This document shows, in pieces, positions 57,033 to 61,505 of a DNA stretch of 61,505 nucleotides. Source of the stretch: Draconibacterium orientale (GTDB lineage: Bacteria; Bacteroidota; Bacteroidia; Bacteroidales; FEN-979). The stretch lies in the NCBI GenBank assembly GCA_020718225.1, contig DYSO01000003.1, positions 1 through 61,505 on the forward strand, written 5' to 3'. Positions within the stretch are counted from its first letter, which is position 1; every line of letters begins with the position of its first letter. The notes beneath the pieces were generated by a model, which saw nothing but the letters and a program-made list of their open reading frames with translations, made no database searches and had not been told where the DNA came from. The position numbers and the translations under genes are program-made.

Positions 57033-58841
57033 TTAACCATCCATCCTGTAATTAAATTCCGACGACCGATAGGTTTCTTCGATGATCCGGCTGTATTTTT
57101 CCATGATAAATTTCCGGCGTAATTTCAAGGTCGGTGATATTTCCCCGGATTCGGTGGTCCATTCCGCATCGAGCAACCTTATTTTCTTAATTTTTTCTGT
57201 CTGGTCCAGGTCCTGGTTAAATCGTTCCACTTCCTGTTTGATCCGGCGGATAATTTTCGGGTTGGTTACGGCTTTTTTCTTTGAACCAAAAGCAATGTGT
57301 TTGACTTCACACCAGTTTTTAAGGTGTTCGAAATTCGGAATGATCAGCGCTGCCGGATAATTCCGGTTCTCTCCAACCACCATGATATGTTCGATAAAGG
57401 GGGACTCTTTGATTCTTTGTTCAATGGGTTGGGGTGCAATGGATTTTCCGCCTGAAGTTTTAAATATCTCTTTTTTCCGATCGGTGATTTTCAGAAATTT
57501 ACCATCTTCAATAACGCCGATATCTCCGGTATGGAACCATCCCTCAGAATCGATGACCTCCGCGGTTTTTTCAGGCCTGTTCAGGTATCCGATCATGATG
57601 TTGGGGCCTTTGCAAAGAACTTCCCCATCATCGGCTATTTTCATTTGATTACCGGTCAAAAGGGGGCCAACGGTACCAAATTTCACACCCCCGGGTTCAA
57701 AACGGTAACAGGTTACACCCGGCGAGGTTTCTGTAAGACCGTATGCTTCAAGAATCGGGATCTTTGCTGCCCAGAAAATACGCGCCAGCCGCGGGTGGAG
57801 GGAAGCGCTGCCCGAAACGATGAATTTAAGCTCCCCCCCCAAAGCTGCCCGCCATTTTCGAAAAACAAGGAGATTGGCAATAAAGAGTTTCACATCATAC
57901 ATCCAACCCCGCGTATGCCCCAATTCGTATTTGTGACCCTGCCGCAACGCCCAAAAAAACAAAACCTTCATGGGTAGTGGCAAATTACGCCCCTTGGCAA
58001 CGATTTTGTTATAAATTTTTTCGAAAACTCTCGGTACCGAAGCAAAACCATGAGGCTTGACCTCCCGGATATATTCTCCAAGTTCATCAATGTTCTGGAC
58101 ATAATACACAGAGATCCCAAAAGATTGATAAACATATCCGGCTGTCCGTTCATAAACGTGGCAAAGTGGTAAAAAACTGACAACCCGGTCATGCATTTTA
58201 AGCGGGGGAATTTCAGCCAAAGCTTTGTAGTTGGAAACGAAATTATGGTGCGACGACATCACTCCCTTGGGCCTGCCGGTTGTCCCGGAAGTATAAATAA
58301 TGGTCGCCATATCGCCGGGTTCTATGGATTGCTTGATGACATCCAGTTCCGACGGGTTAGGGTGGGTTTTACCCAATTCAAGAATCTCTTTCCAGCTCCG
58401 GATCCCTTTTACAGGTTCGATGGAAAAAACCGCCTTCAACCTTGTAATTTCAGGAAGTACCTTTTTTATCCGGTTAAAAATTTCTTCGTCGGAAAAGATC
58501 AGGTACTCAATGTCCGAATCTTTAAATATATAGCGGTAATTCTCTTCACTGATGGTAGGATAAACCGGGACCTGAATGGCCCCGGCCTGAAGAATGCCCA
58601 TATCAAAAAAGTTCCATTCCGGACAATTGTTCATCACCGTTGCAACCCGGGCGCCCTTGGTTACTCCAAGCGCCAGTAAGCCCAAACTGATCAGGTTGCT
58701 GTTACATACATAATCATCGGCAGAAAAATGCACCCAGGCGCCTTTCCTTTTGACATTAAAGACATCTTCAATAGAATGATATTCATCTTTGTATAATTCC
58801 AGAAGATCAAAAATCCGAGTGATGCTTTTCATCTTATCCAA
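57033..58841 (-). CDS. fadD: Long-chain fatty acid--CoA ligase (paralogue 2)
   Basis: IIYTSGTTGRPKGV, FLPLCHVYER, YGLTETSP, WFHTGDIG, DRKKEIFKTSGGK, TLKLRR. Confidence 0.92.
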   Translation of the reverse strand: MDKMKSITRIFDLLELYKDEYHSIEDVFNVKRKGAWVHFSADDYVCNSNLISLGLLALGVTKGARVATVMNNCPEWNFFDMGILQAGAIQVPVYPTISEENYRYIFKDSDIEYLIFSDEEIFNRIKKVLPEITRLKAVFSIEPVKGIRSWKEILELGKTHPNPSELDVIKQSIEPGDMATIIYTSGTTGRPKGVMSSHHNFVSNYKALAEIPPLKMHDRVVSFLPLCHVYERTAGYVYQSFGISVYYVQNIDELGEYIREVKPHGFASVPRVFEKIYNKIVAKGRNLPLPMKVLFFWALRQGHKYELGHTRGWMYDVKLFIANLLVFRKWRAALGGELKFIVSGSASLHPRLARIFWAAKIPILEAYGLTETSPGVTCYRFEPGGVKFGTVGPLLTGNQMKIADDGEVLCKGPNIMIGYLNRPEKTAEVIDSEGWFHTGDIGVIEDGKFLKITDRKKEIFKTSGGKSIAPQPIEQRIKESPFIEHIMVVGENRNYPAALIIPNFEHLKNWCEVKHIAFGSKKKAVTNPKIIRRIKQEVERFNQDLDQTEKIKKIRLLDAEWTTESGEISPTLKLRRKFIMEKYSRIIEETYRSSEFNYRMDG

Positions 58842-58859
58842 ACGAATTTAAGGTTGGTT

Positions 58860-60626
58860 TTATTCAAATAATGTTGAAATTTTATCTGCATATTTTTTTG
58901 CAATTGCATTGCGCTTTAGTTTCAGGGTCGGAGTGATTTCCCCGGTTTCAAAAGTCCATTCCTCCCCAAGGAGATCCCACGATTTGATCTTTTCAGTATC
59001 GCCGAAAAGTTTATTATAATGGTTGATCTCGGTCTGAAACCGTTTCCGTATCCTTGGCATACCAATCATTTCCAAATTGGTAGTATATTCAATTTCTTTG
59101 ACATTACACCATGATTTTAAAAAATCAAAATCGGGAACAATGAGTGCTCCGGCAAATTTCCGGTTTTCACCCACAACGATGATCTGCCCGATAAAAAGAG
59201 ACTCTTTAAACGTGTCTTCGATGGGTTGCGGACTGATATATTTTCCAAAAGATGTTTTAAACAGCTCTTTTTTTCTTCCGGTAATTTTTAGTTGACCTTC
59301 CGGTTCCAACTGGCCCAGGTCGCCGGTATGGAACCACCCTTCCGAATCAATTGCCTCTTTTGTCATTTCCGGTTCTTTATAATATCCTTTCATGATGTTG
59401 GGTCCCTTACAGAGAATTTCCCCGTCGCCGGCTATTTTCACCTGAACACCACGCAACACGGGGCCGACAGTTCCAAATTTAATTCCGTTTTTAGTGAAAT
59501 CACTGACCGCAATAACCGGAGAGGTCTCTGTTAACCCGTAACCTTCAATGACGTCAATACCTGCACAGGTAAAGAGCCGCGCAAGCCGGGGTTGAAGCGC
59601 GGCGCCCCCGGAAACAACCAACAGACGCTTTCCACCGAGCGCTTCGCGCCATTTTACATACACCAGTTTATCGTAAATCTTTCGTTTTAATTCATAAAAC
59701 CATCCATTAGTGCCATTGAGCTCATATCGCAGGGCCAAATGCAACGCCCAGAAAAATATCCATCGCCGGGCGCCTGTCAGCTTGTGCCCGGCTGAATGGA
59801 GTTTGTCGTAAATTTTCTCCAACAACCTGGGAACAGTACTTAGGATTTCTGGTTTTACATCTTTCATGTTATCGGTAATTGTACCAATACTCTCCGCATA
59901 ATAAACCGAAAAACCAAGATACTGATATAAATAGTTCAACATGCGTTCATAAACATGGCATAGCGGCAGATAGCTCAATGTTTTGGCGTTTTCATCAAAG
60001 GGTGGAATATAAGATACCGATTTAAAATTTGAGATGATGTTTTTATGGCTGAGCATGACCCCTTTGGGATTTCCTGTAGTTCCTGAAGTGTAGATGATGG
60101 TCGCAACATCGTCTTCCTGAATGGCCGCTTTCCGTTGTTCGAGAAGCGGCTGGTCTGGATTATTCCTCCCCATCAGGATCAGATCATTAAGATTTTTCAA
60201 TCCATCTTGCTCCTTATAAATATAAACCCCTTTGATGTGTGGTATCTCAGGAAGGATGTGCTGGATTTTCCGGAGTAGATCCATTCCTGAAATAAAAATA
60301 TAAGTGACTTCGGCATGGCCAAGGATGTACTTATAATCTGATTCACTGATGGTAGGATAGATGGGAACATGAATGGCGCCGATCTGCATGATGGCCATAT
60401 CAACAAAATTCCATTCCGCCCTGTTGGCGCTGATCTGGGCAATTTTATCGCCGGGCTGGACCCCGGATGCCAAAAGTCCGTAACTGATGGAATCTACAAT
60501 TTCACGGTACTGCTTTATGCTGTATTTAACCCAATGACCATTTTCCTTTGAGGCAAGGAGGTCATCCTTAGGTTTAAATTTTAATTCACAATATGGCAAC
60601 AGGTCAAAAATACGGGTTACTTCCAT
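58860..60626 (-). CDS. fadD: Long-chain fatty acid--CoA ligase (paralogue 1)
   Basis: IIYTSGTTGNPKGV, YLPLCHVYER, GYGLTETSP, WFHTGDLG, GRKKELFKTSFGK, TLKLKR. Confidence 0.92.
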   Translation of the reverse strand: MEVTRIFDLLPYCELKFKPKDDLLASKENGHWVKYSIKQYREIVDSISYGLLASGVQPGDKIAQISANRAEWNFVDMAIMQIGAIHVPIYPTISESDYKYILGHAEVTYIFISGMDLLRKIQHILPEIPHIKGVYIYKEQDGLKNLNDLILMGRNNPDQPLLEQRKAAIQEDDVATIIYTSGTTGNPKGVMLSHKNIISNFKSVSYIPPFDENAKTLSYLPLCHVYERMLNYLYQYLGFSVYYAESIGTITDNMKDVKPEILSTVPRLLEKIYDKLHSAGHKLTGARRWIFFWALHLALRYELNGTNGWFYELKRKIYDKLVYVKWREALGGKRLLVVSGGAALQPRLARLFTCAGIDVIEGYGLTETSPVIAVSDFTKNGIKFGTVGPVLRGVQVKIAGDGEILCKGPNIMKGYYKEPEMTKEAIDSEGWFHTGDLGQLEPEGQLKITGRKKELFKTSFGKYISPQPIEDTFKESLFIGQIIVVGENRKFAGALIVPDFDFLKSWCNVKEIEYTTNLEMIGMPRIRKRFQTEINHYNKLFGDTEKIKSWDLLGEEWTFETGEITPTLKLKRNAIAKKYADKISTLFE

Positions 60627-60649
60627 GTTAAATCAATTAGTAATGGTTA

Positions 60650-61408
60650 TCACTTTTTATGAATTATTGTTGCACAAGCCTGAGCTGTTGGCATCAGTAC
60701 CAAATCGTTGATATTTACATGTTGAGGTAAAGTGGTCACATAATAAACAACTTCGGCCACATCTTCGGCTTTCAGGGGTTGATATCCTTTATATACGTTC
60801 CCGGCCCGTTCTTTATCGCCATTGAAACGGACTAATGAAAACTCTGTTTCGGCTGCTCCCGGGGCAATCTGGGTGACTTTAATATTGTGTGAAACAAGAT
60901 CGATCCGGGTTCCTTTGGTGATGGCATCAACAGCAAATTTTGATCCGCAATAAACATTTCCCATGGGATATACCTCTTTGCCTGCAACGGAACCAATGTT
61001 GATAATATGGCCCTGATTGCGGGCAACCATCCATGGAGCAACCATCCGTGTCATGTAAAGCAGGCCTTTTACATTCGTGTCGATCATTCGTTCCCAATCA
61101 TCTATCAAACCTTCGTGAACCGGGTTTAACCCTGCCGCAAGGCCGGCATTGTTCACCAGCACATCAATACACCTCCATTTTTCAGATAAACCGGAGATGG
61201 CGCTTTCAACTTCCTGCCGTTCCCGGATATCAAAACTCAAAGGTATAACCTCTATAGAATAATTCAAAATCAACTCTTTAGCAAGGTCATCCAGGAGCGC
61301 TTTCCGCCTACCGGTAATGATGAGATTATCCCCATGCGCGGCAAATTTGAAGGCGATGGCCTTTCCAAATCCTGAAGTGGCGCCGGTAATACAAACTAAC
61401 TTTTTCAT
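60650..61408 (-). CDS. Short-chain dehydrogenase, YdfG-like (start 61408 or 61453)
   Basis: ITGATSGFG, NNAG, NIGSVAG...YPMGNVYCGSK (YxxxK), PGAAETEFS..RF; -7 element TAATTTTG at 61479-61486 (minus). Confidence 0.92.
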   Translation of the reverse strand: MKKLVCITGATSGFGKAIAFKFAAHGDNLIITGRRKALLDDLAKELILNYSIEVIPLSFDIRERQEVESAISGLSEKWRCIDVLVNNAGLAAGLNPVHEGLIDDWERMIDTNVKGLLYMTRMVAPWMVARNQGHIINIGSVAGKEVYPMGNVYCGSKFAVDAITKGTRIDLVSHNIKVTQIAPGAAETEFSLVRFNGDKERAGNVYKGYQPLKAEDVAEVVYYVTTLPQHVNINDLVLMPTAQACATIIHKK

Positions 61409-61505
61409 GTCTAAGATTAGAGTTGTGGCTTTTAAAAAAGAATTATAATCCATGAGTCGAGTCTAAAAAGGACAACCACAAAATTAGGGGATAAATTGGC
61501 AAAAT

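Overview
Bacteroidota (probably Bacteroidales-type) chromosomal segment, mostly housekeeping. No CRISPR array, prophage, IS transposase, rRNA or tRNA was recognised. Order: tail of a beta-glucan locus (GPH symporter, GH30, secreted CBM-like protein with a 487-bp identical internal duplication); orphan NtrX-like regulator; FG-GAP/T9SS protein; dcw cluster (mraZ-rsmH-ftsL-ftsI-murE-mraY-[murD C-terminal domain only]-ftsW-murG-murC-ftsQ-ftsA-ftsZ-yqeY); a minus-strand run (methyltransferase, ABC ATPase, heptose kinase, geranylgeranyl reductase); UbiA-family prenyltransferase; comM; gldB; beta-barrel-nadE; nifU-apbC; ATL-merR-M23; alaS; GH29; GH38-like; GNAT; aspC; GTP-type PEPCK; pduO; DUF2795; rsmD-DUF3822-MgtC/DUF4010; hsdR_N; amn-holA; two fadD paralogues; SDR. 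Standout observations: (1) the murD slot holds an intact 182-aa gene for only the MurD C-terminal part, with its ATP/D-Glu-contact residues specifically altered; (2) short-period (7-bp and 8/9-bp) repeats and small palindromes sit at gene ends and inside apparent in-frame insertions of conserved proteins; (3) helically phased direct-repeat operators precede mraZ and alaS. Family assignments come from motif recognition only; no database searches were run.
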